Shown here in pieces: positions 26,087 to 34,154 of a stretch of 64,000 nucleotides of DNA. The translations under genes and the position numbers were made by a program. Within the stretch, counting starts at the first letter, position 1. Each line of letters opens with the position of its first letter. Source of the DNA: Acidobacteriota bacterium (GTDB lineage: Bacteria > Acidobacteriota > Polarisedimenticolia > J045); contig JAGOJY010000008.1 in the NCBI GenBank assembly GCA_017994815.1, positions 44,449 to 108,448 of the forward strand. The letters run 5' to 3'. Under the pieces are notes generated by a model, which saw only the letters and a program-made list of their open reading frames with translations, made no database searches and was not told the DNA's origin.

Positions 26087-27523
26087 CTACTGGACGTAGC
26101 CGAGGGTGTGCAGGCGCTCCTTGGCTTCCGGGCTCATCTTGGCCTCGGTCGGCGAGAGCGTCTTGCGGAACGCCTGGTTGCGCTGCCAGTGGGCGAGCAT
26201 GGCCTGGCCGAGCCGCGGCCCCGCTCCCGCGTGGTCGTAGGGGAGCGGCTTCAACTCGCCGGGGTCGTCCTGGAGATCGAACAGCAGCATGTTGCGGCCG
26301 GCGGCGACGTCCTCCCGCAGCACCGCCTCGTCGTGCAAAGGCTCGCGCATCGCGTAGACCAGCTTGTAGCGCCCGTCCTGGGCGGCGAGGCCGGAGATCA
26401 CCGCCGAGTGCGCGTTCTCGCTGAACAGCGGACCGTCGCGACGGGCGCGCTCCCGGCCTGGCACGAGGTACGGGGCCAGGCTCGTGCCGTCGTCGTCGTC
26501 CGCCGCCGCGATGCCGGCCAGGTCGAGGATCGTCGCGGGCACGTCGACGAAGCTGACCGGGTCGGCGATGCGCGCGGGCTCTCCGCGCCTTCCGCCCGGG
26601 GGCCGGACGACGAGCGGCACGGCCAGCAGTTCCTCGAAGAAGCTGTTCCCGTGGCCCTGCAGGTCGTGCTCCCAGAACGCCTCGCCGTGGTCCGAGACGA
26701 TGACGATGTAGGTCGAATCGACGAGCCCGCGCGCCTGCAGTTCGTCGAGCATGCTCCCGACGACCTGGTCCGTGTACAGGATCTCCTCGTCGTAGCGGTT
26801 GACGATCCCGTCCTTCTCCCTGCGCCGCACCTGCTCGAAGCCCGGCCCGAAGTGGCCGGCGTGGGGTGGGGGAGGCCGGTACGGCTCGTGCGGGTAGATC
26901 AGGTGGACGTAGAAGTAGAACGGCTGCTCACCCGTGGTGTCGAGCTGCCTGCGCACCTCGTCCACCACGCGGGCCTGCTCGCTGCCGGCCCACTTGCGCC
27001 ATCCGGGCGGGAGGACCGTGAACTCGTCGAAGCCCTGGTGGAACTGCAGCCAGCGGTTGATCCCGGGATGGTCGATGAACGCCAGGGTCCGGTAGCCGGC
27101 ACGCTGCAGCCGCTCGGCCAACAGGTCCAGCTCGTCCGGCAGCGCCTGGTTCACGGCGAACTCGTGGGGCGCGGCCGGGAAGACCGCCTGCGGGTAGCGT
27201 CCGGAGAAGAGCGAGGCGATGGCCGGGTTGGTCCACGGGCAGACCGTGACGCAGCGGTCGAAGACGACCGACTCGCCCGCGAGCGCGGTGATCCGCGGCG
27301 CGGTCTCGCGCTCGTAGCCGTAGGCGCGCAGGTGGTCGCGCCGCAACGTGTCGATCAGCACGACGAAGAAGCTCGGCTGCCCCGGGTTCGCCGGGCCGGC
27401 GGTCCGGCGCGGCGGTTCGGCGCGCTCGCGCTCCGGTCCCGGCGAGCAGCCCGAGAGCAACGCCGCCGCGGTCGCCAGCGCGGCGGCCGCGCTCCCCAGA
27501 GCACCCACGAATCGCAGTCCCAT
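26087..27523 (-). CDS. sulfatase-like (alkaline phosphatase superfamily) lipoprotein with Thr at the nucleophile position
   Basis: Track ORF 26087..27667, with the start taken at MGLRFVGALGSAAAALATAAALLSGC (lipobox). Metal site VVLIDTLRRD. The signature region reads TNPAIASLFSG where CxPxRxxLLTG is expected. Confidence 0.75.
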   Translation of the reverse strand: MGLRFVGALGSAAAALATAAALLSGCSPGPERERAEPPRRTAGPANPGQPSFFVVLIDTLRRDHLRAYGYERETAPRITALAGESVVFDRCVTVCPWTNPAIASLFSGRYPQAVFPAAPHEFAVNQALPDELDLLAERLQRAGYRTLAFIDHPGINRWLQFHQGFDEFTVLPPGWRKWAGSEQARVVDEVRRQLDTTGEQPFYFYVHLIYPHEPYRPPPPHAGHFGPGFEQVRRREKDGIVNRYDEEILYTDQVVGSMLDELQARGLVDSTYIVIVSDHGEAFWEHDLQGHGNSFFEELLAVPLVVRPPGGRRGEPARIADPVSFVDVPATILDLAGIAAADDDDGTSLAPYLVPGRERARRDGPLFSENAHSAVISGLAAQDGRYKLVYAMREPLHDEAVLREDVAAGRNMLLFDLQDDPGELKPLPYDHAGAGPRLGQAMLAHWQRNQAFRKTLSPTEAKMSPEAKERLHTLGYVQ

Positions 27524-27709
27524 CCCCTCACCAACCCGGTCGCGGCAGCCCCGGCCGCGAGTCCCCGCGGACGATTCTGCCCGATTCGCGCCGCCGGGTG
27601 AACAGGATCCGCGGCGGGAACGCCGGCGGCGGAAGCGGCTGAACACGGCCGGAGCGGAGGAGTTCACGGTGCGTCCGGGCTCGGCAAATCACGCCCCGGA
27701 GGTCTCCCG

Positions 27710-28081
27710 ATGGCGATCCACGTGCGGAGCATCGGCGCGGTCCAGATCCTCGAGCCGGAGGGTGAGTTCACCTTCGGCAGGAGCCATCTCGGGCGGGCGC
27801 TGGACCTGCGCGGCCGGCCGATGGACGATCTTCGCGAGGTGCTCGACGCGCAGTTCGCCGGCGGGTGCCGCCGGATCCTGCTCGACCTGCACAGGGTCGA
27901 CTTCATCGACAGCGCGGGGCTCAGCGCCCTGGTGGCGGCCAAGAAGCGGGCCGTGGAGCGCGGCGGCGACATCAAGATCCTGCGGCCGTCGGAGCGCGTG
28001 CGGAGCCTCCTGGTGCTCACGTACCTGACCCGCGTGTTCGATCTGCACGACGACGAAGCCGGCGCCGTCGCCTCGTTCTGA
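27710..28081 (+). CDS. STAS-domain anti-sigma-factor antagonist
   Basis: Track ORF, 123 aa. Contains VDFIDSAGLSALV with the conserved Ser. Confidence 0.8.
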   Translation: MAIHVRSIGAVQILEPEGEFTFGRSHLGRALDLRGRPMDDLREVLDAQFAGGCRRILLDLHRVDFIDSAGLSALVAAKKRAVERGGDIKILRPSERVRSLLVLTYLTRVFDLHDDEAGAVASF

Positions 28082-28097
28082 ACGCGGCGCAGCGTGC

Positions 28098-28613
28098 CTA
28101 CCGGACGAGCACCAGCCCGAAATAATGCTGGGCCGCGCGGCGGGAGCGCACGACCTCGATGTCGAAACCGTGCCGTCGCGCCGTCGCGAAGACGTCGATG
28201 CCGCAGGCCTCCATCGCGGGGCGCGCCTGCTCCGGGTGCCGGCAGCCATCCTCGAACGCGCAGCGACGGCACAACCCGCAGGGCCCCGCGCCGAAGCCGA
28301 ACGCCTTGTAGTAACCGGCGAGGAACAACTCGCGCTCGAGCGCCACGGCGATCGCCGTCGTCCGCCCGAGCGTCGATTCGAACAGCAGCGCCTGCCGGTA
28401 GCCGCCCAGCATCGACCGCGTCTGTTCCGGCGTCGGCGCGTGCGGCGGGCACATCCGGCTCGTGCCGTAGCCGTCGCACCCGAACTGGCACTTCCAGCGG
28501 ACCCACGCGGCGGTGACGACCGTTGCCGGGGCGATGAGCTTGGCGCCGCGGGCGCCGGAGCCGAGCGCGAGTTCCCGCAGCGACCTCGGGGAGAGTGGCA
28601 GTCCGGAGCGCAA
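28098..28613 (-). CDS. DUF2284-like metal-binding protein
   Basis: Track ORF, 171 aa. Cys clusters CQFGCDGYGTSRMCPP and CGLCRRCAFEDGC. Confidence 0.6.
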   Translation of the reverse strand: MRSGLPLSPRSLRELALGSGARGAKLIAPATVVTAAWVRWKCQFGCDGYGTSRMCPPHAPTPEQTRSMLGGYRQALLFESTLGRTTAIAVALERELFLAGYYKAFGFGAGPCGLCRRCAFEDGCRHPEQARPAMEACGIDVFATARRHGFDIEVVRSRRAAQHYFGLVLVR

Positions 28614-28832
28614 GGTCCCTCCCGGCGCGTCCTGGCGCGAACCGACATCAGGCTAGCACCGCGCCCGCCGCGACATGCCACTCCGGCGCCCGCCGACGTG
28701 TTGGCTTAACAAATCCGCGGTCAGAATTAGGCGCCGTCCGCGAGCGGATCGCGCCTCCCGGGCGCGGCGCGTGGCCCGCGCCTGTCGTGCCGCCGCGTTG
28801 CGCCGCGACCATGCGTGTGCTATCAACCGGAC

Positions 28833-30473
28833 ATGAGCGCCAAGGGTCTGATCATCGGGGCAACGTGTATCGTGCTGCTGTCCCCTCTCTCGCTTGCCGA
28901 GGGTGTCCGCCCGATCGACATCCAGGCGGCCCTCAAGGAAGCGTTCTATCTCCAGCTGTGGGTCGCGCCGCTCGAGCGCGAGATCCCGCATTTGTTCGAA
29001 CCGCCGTCCGCGGAACAGGTCCAGCGCGCGGTCGAGGCGTTCGACAAATCACGGATGACGTACGAGACCTACGTCAAGGAAAAGAAGATCTACAGCGTCA
29101 CCTTCAATTACGGCGACCTGCTTAAGGACGTGAGCAGCGATCTGCCGACCGCGGTGGCCGCGCTGCGCGAGGCGTACGAGAAGGTGTTGACGGTCGGCTA
29201 CAACGCGATGGCGCAGAAGCAGCAGTTCGTCGCCGAGAACGGGGACGAGTACACCGCGTCCACGGCCTGGCGGGAACTCGCCGCCGTCCGCGCCAAGCAG
29301 CTCGATTACGTCGGGGCGAAGACGGCGCTGTGGAAGGGGTACACCGAGCGGCTGACCGACCCCGGGATGAGCGAGTCGCTGCGCGTGTTCCACATCCTGG
29401 CGGAGTACATCGGTGCCGGGTTGATCGACACCGGGGCGATCGACGTGGCCAAGGAGCACTTCACCGCCCTGGCCAACACCCACCAGGCCCAGCTCAGCGG
29501 GCAGGGGCACGTCGCGTACGCCTTGGTCTGTTACATGACCGACGATCCCTGCGGCGAGGCCCAGCTCGCGGAGACGAAAGCGGCGCCCTTCGCCGACGTC
29601 AAGGCCGCGATGGTGGCGCGGATCTCGGCGCTCTTGCAGCGGCTGCCGACCACGCCGGAGCTGTACCCCGGCATCTTCCGGGCCAACGAAGGTTGGCGCA
29701 AGGCGTATCCGCAGGACCTCGACGTCCTGAACCTGGTGGTCGGCACCGTCGCCGCGCAGAACAGCGCCGAGCGCTTCCAGGAGTGGTTCGCGATCACCAG
29801 TGACTGCGAAACACGGGTTGCCGCCGTCGAGATGCTGCAGCGCCTGGCGAAGGAGCCGCAGCTGCAGCAGGCCGAGGCGACCCTCGCCGCCTGCGGCGAT
29901 CAGAACGAGCGCGCGCGCGACGTGTTCGCCGTCGCCAACGCCCGCGAGGCCACCCGGCTGTGGAACGCGGAGATCGTCGAGCGCCCGCCGCAGGACGCCG
30001 AAACGGCGCGGGCGCGCCTGAAGCAGATCCGCGCGCACCTGGACAAGGCCGCCGGCGTGCCGAACCTCGACGAGTTCGCCGAGAAGGTGGACAAGTACGA
30101 GAAGCAGTGGAGCGACACGACGCGCGTGTCGCAGGAGAACACGGTCCAGTTGTGCCAGTCGCTGCACAACCGACTGGAGTGGCTGGCCGGCAACCCGGGG
30201 GCCGAGATCATCGATCGCCTCGACATCCTGCGCGACCTGCGGGCCAACGAGGCCAAGTGCCGGGCCCAACTCGGCGCGGATGTCGCGCGCACGCCGCAGA
30301 TCTGCAAGGAAGGCGTGCACCGCGCGAGCCACCCGGTGGACGTGATGCAGATGTCCCCGGAGCAGAAATCGACCCTCCGCAAGGCAACCGAGGAGTTCCT
30401 CCGGACGTGCCGGCCGCACCTCTCGGCGGGGGAACAGTCGGGCATCACGAACGCGATCGGCCGCATCCACTAG
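28833..30473 (+). CDS. orphan secreted all-helical protein
   Basis: Track ORF 28815..30473, with the start taken at MSAKGLIIGATCIVLLSPLSLAEG. Long helix-prone sequence with scattered Cys and no motif I recognise. Visibly less GC-rich than its neighbours. Confidence 0.6.
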   Translation: MSAKGLIIGATCIVLLSPLSLAEGVRPIDIQAALKEAFYLQLWVAPLEREIPHLFEPPSAEQVQRAVEAFDKSRMTYETYVKEKKIYSVTFNYGDLLKDVSSDLPTAVAALREAYEKVLTVGYNAMAQKQQFVAENGDEYTASTAWRELAAVRAKQLDYVGAKTALWKGYTERLTDPGMSESLRVFHILAEYIGAGLIDTGAIDVAKEHFTALANTHQAQLSGQGHVAYALVCYMTDDPCGEAQLAETKAAPFADVKAAMVARISALLQRLPTTPELYPGIFRANEGWRKAYPQDLDVLNLVVGTVAAQNSAERFQEWFAITSDCETRVAAVEMLQRLAKEPQLQQAEATLAACGDQNERARDVFAVANAREATRLWNAEIVERPPQDAETARARLKQIRAHLDKAAGVPNLDEFAEKVDKYEKQWSDTTRVSQENTVQLCQSLHNRLEWLAGNPGAEIIDRLDILRDLRANEAKCRAQLGADVARTPQICKEGVHRASHPVDVMQMSPEQKSTLRKATEEFLRTCRPHLSAGEQSGITNAIGRIH

Positions 30474-30487
30474 CCACTAGCCACTAG
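30467..30487. repeat. three perfect tandem copies of CCACTAG between convergent genes
   Basis: The sequence ccactag ccactag ccactag places TAG in all three frames on both strands. The first TAG (30471-30473) stops the orphan gene, and the last CTA (30484-30486) is the stop of fnr. Confidence 0.95.
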
Positions 30488-31236
30488 CCGCAATCGGGGA
30501 CCTGCTCGGCCTCGTCGATCAGGGCATCGAGATCGGGGATCGTGACCCGGCGCCCGGTGAAGTGCGCCAGCCCGCGCCGTTCCAACTGCGCGATGGCGCG
30601 CGAGATCGTCTCGGGCCGGGCGCCGAGCATCGCGGCGAGGTCGCGCCGCGAAAGCGGCAGGTTGATGCCCAGCGTGCCGTCGTCGGCCACGGCACCGAGC
30701 CTGTTCTTCAGCGTCAGCAGGAGTTGCGCGAGCCGCGCCAGGAGCGGCGAGGCAGCGGCCTCGAGCCGCAGTTCTTCCGCCTGCTCCAGGTTCGCCGCGA
30801 GCCGACCGAGGAAGCGCTGGCCGAGGGCGGGATTGCGCCCGAGCAGTTCGCGCAGCGCGGCGCGGTCGATGAAGCAGGTCCGGCACTCGCCGAGGCACTC
30901 CGCGCTCGTGCTGTACAGGCGTTGGGCGAAGAACGCGACGTAACCGAGGGTGTCCCCGGCGTGGCCGAGGCGCACGATCACGCTGTTGCCGCGTTCGTCG
31001 ACCTTGCGCAGCGCGACCACGCCGGACTCGAGGCAGTGCAAACCGAGGCAGGGGTTGCCCTGATAGAAGATCACCTGGCCCGCGGCGTAGACGTTGTGGA
31101 CCTTGGCCTCGTCGAGCAGGCGCAGCTCGGGCGGCGCGAGCACGCACCACTCGGCGCGGTGGCGCGCCGCGCAGGCGAAGCAGGACGGCGACCGGGGACG
31201 CCCCCGGTGCGACGGTGCCCTCGGGCGGGACGGCAT
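30484..31236 (-). CDS. fnr: FNR-type Crp/Fnr family transcription regulator (Cys cluster for 4Fe-4S)
   Basis: Track ORF, 250 aa. N-terminal CFACAARHRAEWC plus a central Cys in ECRTCFID. cNMP-like barrel present. The recognition helix carries ETISR, as in E. coli FNR. Confidence 0.85.
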   Translation of the reverse strand: MPSRPRAPSHRGRPRSPSCFACAARHRAEWCVLAPPELRLLDEAKVHNVYAAGQVIFYQGNPCLGLHCLESGVVALRKVDERGNSVIVRLGHAGDTLGYVAFFAQRLYSTSAECLGECRTCFIDRAALRELLGRNPALGQRFLGRLAANLEQAEELRLEAAASPLLARLAQLLLTLKNRLGAVADDGTLGINLPLSRRDLAAMLGARPETISRAIAQLERRGLAHFTGRRVTIPDLDALIDEAEQVPDCG

Positions 31237-31257
31237 GGGCCGATTCTGGTGCGGCGC

Positions 31258-31271
31258 TTGATCTAGGTCAA
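31258..31271. promoter_or_regulatory. FNR box TTGATCTAGGTCAA
   Basis: Matches TTGAT-N4-ATCAA at 9 of 10 positions. Its centre lies about 28 bp upstream of the fnr ATG. Confidence 0.6.
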
Positions 31272-31289
31272 TCCGCGTGCAACCGGCGC

Positions 31290-31303
31290 TTGATCTACGT
31301 CAA
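31290..31303. promoter_or_regulatory. FNR box TTGATCTACGTCAA
   Basis: Second copy, 32 bp from the first. It lies 37 nt upstream of the first gene of the cco cluster. Confidence 0.6.
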
Positions 31304-31339
31304 ACCCGCCGCCGGCTGCCTCCCGTATGCTGCGCCGCC

Positions 31340-31729
31340 ATGGCGCGACGGCGAGAGAGCCCGGCCCAGGCTGCGCGCGGCCTGCAGGAGTTCGCGGACA
31401 CGATGGTTCTCGAACCCGTCGCCGGGCAGGTGCTGGTCTACCGCGGGCACCTGCCCGGCGGCTGTTATGTGCTGCTGCGCGGCGAACTCGCGCTCGATCC
31501 CGGCGCGGCGGTCGCGGCGGGATGCGGCGTGGTCGTCCCGCCCCCGGCGGAGCTGGACCTGCCGGCCGCGCGCACGCTGCGCGCCGGCGCCGCGGACTGC
31601 CGGCTGCTGTTCGTCCCGCGGAGCCTCGCGCTGCACGACGCGCGGGCCCGGCGGCTCCTGTCCCGCATCCCGTCCGCCCCCCTGGCGGAGATCCGGCCTG
31701 CCGCCGCGGGCCGCGCGAGGTCCGAATGA
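31340..31729 (+). CDS. stand-alone cNMP-binding-like (Crp effector) domain protein without HTH
   Basis: In-frame part of track ORF 31277..31729, starting at MARRRESPAQ. The pattern EPVAGQVLVYRGHLPGGCYVLLRGELAL...RLLFVPRSLAL is typical of the cNMP beta-barrel. GC3-rich codons. The stop overlaps the ccoNO start. Confidence 0.55.
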   Translation: MARRRESPAQAARGLQEFADTMVLEPVAGQVLVYRGHLPGGCYVLLRGELALDPGAAVAAGCGVVVPPPAELDLPAARTLRAGAADCRLLFVPRSLALHDARARRLLSRIPSAPLAEIRPAAAGRARSE

Positions 31730-33969
31730 CCGAACGCATCGAGCGGTTCGTCTACGACGACGCGATCGTGCGCCTGTTCGTGGCCGCGACGCTGTTCTGG
31801 GGCGCCGTCGGCATGGCCGTCGGGATCCTCGCCGCGCTCCAGCTCGCGGCACCGGCGTTCAACTTCGACACGTCGTGGCTGTCGTTCGGCCGCCTGCGGC
31901 CGCTCCACACCAACGCGGTCATCTTCGCCTTCACCGGCAACGCGATCTTCGCCGGCGTCTACTACTCGACCCAGCGGCTGCTCAAGGCGCGGATGTTCAG
32001 CGACGCGCTGGGCCGGATCCACTTCTGGGGCTGGCAGCTGATCATCGTCGCCGCCGCGATCACGCTACCGCTCGGCATCACCCAGTCCAAGGAGTATGCC
32101 GAGCTGGAGTGGCCGATCGACGTGGCCGTGGCGCTGGTCTGGGTGCTGTTCGCCGTCAACTTCTTTGGCACGATCGCGCGGCGGCGCGAGCGGCACCTGT
32201 ACGTCTCGCTGTGGTTCTACATCGCGACGATCGTCGCGATCGCGATGCTGCACATCTTCAACAACCTGGTTTCGATCGCCGGCCCGTGGAAGAGCTACCC
32301 CTTGTACGCCGGCGTGCAGGACGCGTTCATGCAGTGGTGGTACGGCCACAACGCCGTCGGGTTCCTGCTGACCACGCCGCTGCTCGGGATGATGTACTAC
32401 TTCATGCCCAAGGCGGCCGGACGCCCGGTCTACTCCTACAAGCTCTCGATCCTGCACTTCTGGACGCTGATCTTCATCTACATCTGGGCCGGGCCGCACC
32501 ACCTGCACTACACGGCGCTGCCAGCGTGGGCCTCGACGCTGGGCATGCTGTTCTCGGTCATGCTGTGGATGCCCTCCTGGGGCGGGATGCTCAACGGCCT
32601 GCTCACGCTGCGCGGCGCCTGGCACAAGGTCGCGGAAGACCCGATCCTCAAGTTCTTCGTCGTCGCCGTCACGTTCTACGGCATGGCGACCTTCGAGGGG
32701 CCGCTGCTGTCGGTCAAGGCGGTCAACTCGCTGTCGCACTACACCGACTGGACCATCGCCCACGTGCACGCGGGCGCGCTGGGCTGGGTCGGTTTCCTCA
32801 GCTTCGGCATGGTGTACTGGCTTCTGCCGCGGATCTACCAGGCCCCGCTGTTCAGCAGGAAGCTGGCCGAGGTGCACTTCTGGATCGGCACGGTCGGGAT
32901 CCTGCTGTACATCGTGCCGATCTACTCGGCGGGCCTGACGCAGGGCTTGATGTGGCGCGCGTTCGACGAGTCGGGCCGGCTGGCGTACCCCGACTTCGTC
33001 GAGACCACGATGCGCCTGATCCCGATGTACTGGATGCGCGTCGCCGGCGGCGGGCTGTACATCGCCGGCGCGCTCCTGTGCGGGTTCAACGCCGTGATGA
33101 CGCGGGCCCGGCGCCCGGCGCGCTGCGAGGAGACGGTGCGCGAGGCGCCGGCGCTGGCCCGGGACTACGCCGAGCCCGCGCCCGCGCCGTCGTACCTGAA
33201 GACGACCGGCGCCCACGTGGCGGACACGGCGTACAGGATCGAGGCCCTGGCCTCGGCGCGCTGGCACCGCCGCTGGGAGCGGCTGCCGCTGCGGTTCACG
33301 GTGTGGGTAACCGTGGCGGTGGTCTCGGCGTCGCTGTTCGAGATCGTGCCGACGTTCGTCATCCGCTCCAACGTGCCGACGATCGCGTCGGTCAAGCCCT
33401 ACACGCCGCTGCAGTTGGCCGGCCGCGACATCTACGTGGCGGAGGGCTGCTACAACTGCCACTCGCAGATGGTGCGGCCGATCCGCTCCGAGACCGTGCG
33501 CTACGGCGAGTACGGCAAGCCCGGCGAGTTCGTCTACGACCACCCGTTCCAGTGGGGCTCGCGCCGGATCGGGCCCGACCCGTTGCGAGTCGGCGGCAAG
33601 TACCCGCACCTGTGGCACGTGCGGCACATGGAGGACCCGCGCTCGGTCACCGCGCAGTCGGTCATGCCGGCCTACCCGTGGCTCCTGACCGAGGCAACCG
33701 ACCTCGGCGCGATCCCGGCGCACATGCGGGCGATGGCGCGGCTCGGCGTCCCGTACCGGGAGGCCGAGATCGCGGGTGGCCCGGACGCGGCGCGCGACGA
33801 GGCGCGCCTGTTGGCCGAAGAGATCGCCAAGCAGGGCGGCCCCGCGGGCCTCGCCGACAAGAAGATCGTCGCGCTGACCGCGTACCTGCAGCGGCTCGGC
33901 ACCGACATCAAGGCCGCGCCCGCGCCGCCGGTCGAAACCGCCGCGGTCGCCGGCGGTGCGCGCCCGTGA
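31726..33969 (+). CDS. ccoNO: cbb3-type cytochrome c oxidase, fused subunits I and II
   Basis: In-frame part of track ORF 31327..33969, starting at MTERIERFVYDD. CcoN hallmarks: RPLHTNAVIFAF, WWYGHNAVGF, GPHHLHYT, HYTDWTIAHVHAGALGW. A linker follows, then a CcoO-like TM helix and the heme c site CYNCHS with MPAYPWL. All lie in one frame with no stop. Confidence 0.9.
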   Translation: MTERIERFVYDDAIVRLFVAATLFWGAVGMAVGILAALQLAAPAFNFDTSWLSFGRLRPLHTNAVIFAFTGNAIFAGVYYSTQRLLKARMFSDALGRIHFWGWQLIIVAAAITLPLGITQSKEYAELEWPIDVAVALVWVLFAVNFFGTIARRRERHLYVSLWFYIATIVAIAMLHIFNNLVSIAGPWKSYPLYAGVQDAFMQWWYGHNAVGFLLTTPLLGMMYYFMPKAAGRPVYSYKLSILHFWTLIFIYIWAGPHHLHYTALPAWASTLGMLFSVMLWMPSWGGMLNGLLTLRGAWHKVAEDPILKFFVVAVTFYGMATFEGPLLSVKAVNSLSHYTDWTIAHVHAGALGWVGFLSFGMVYWLLPRIYQAPLFSRKLAEVHFWIGTVGILLYIVPIYSAGLTQGLMWRAFDESGRLAYPDFVETTMRLIPMYWMRVAGGGLYIAGALLCGFNAVMTRARRPARCEETVREAPALARDYAEPAPAPSYLKTTGAHVADTAYRIEALASARWHRRWERLPLRFTVWVTVAVVSASLFEIVPTFVIRSNVPTIASVKPYTPLQLAGRDIYVAEGCYNCHSQMVRPIRSETVRYGEYGKPGEFVYDHPFQWGSRRIGPDPLRVGGKYPHLWHVRHMEDPRSVTAQSVMPAYPWLLTEATDLGAIPAHMRAMARLGVPYREAEIAGGPDAARDEARLLAEEIAKQGGPAGLADKKIVALTAYLQRLGTDIKAAPAPPVETAAVAGGARP

Positions 33970-34154
33970 GCCTGGGCGACCTCTTGGGCACGACCGGGCT
34001 CGGCTGGGCCGAGCTGGCGCTGGTGCTGGCCTTCCTCGCCTTCGCCGCCGTGGCCGTGCACACGCTGTTCCTGCGCCGCCGCGAAGCCGACCAGCAGGCC
34101 AGCCGACTGCCGCTCGAGGACGACCGTTCCGACGCGGAAGAGGACACGCGATGA
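33966..34154 (+). CDS. ccoQ: CcoQ/FixQ-like small membrane subunit
   Basis: Tail of track ORF 31215..34154 from GTG (GTGA overlap). One TM helix (LGWAELALVLAFLAFAAVAV) followed by an acidic tail. Confidence 0.6.
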   Translation: MSLGDLLGTTGLGWAELALVLAFLAFAAVAVHTLFLRRREADQQASRLPLEDDRSDAEEDTR

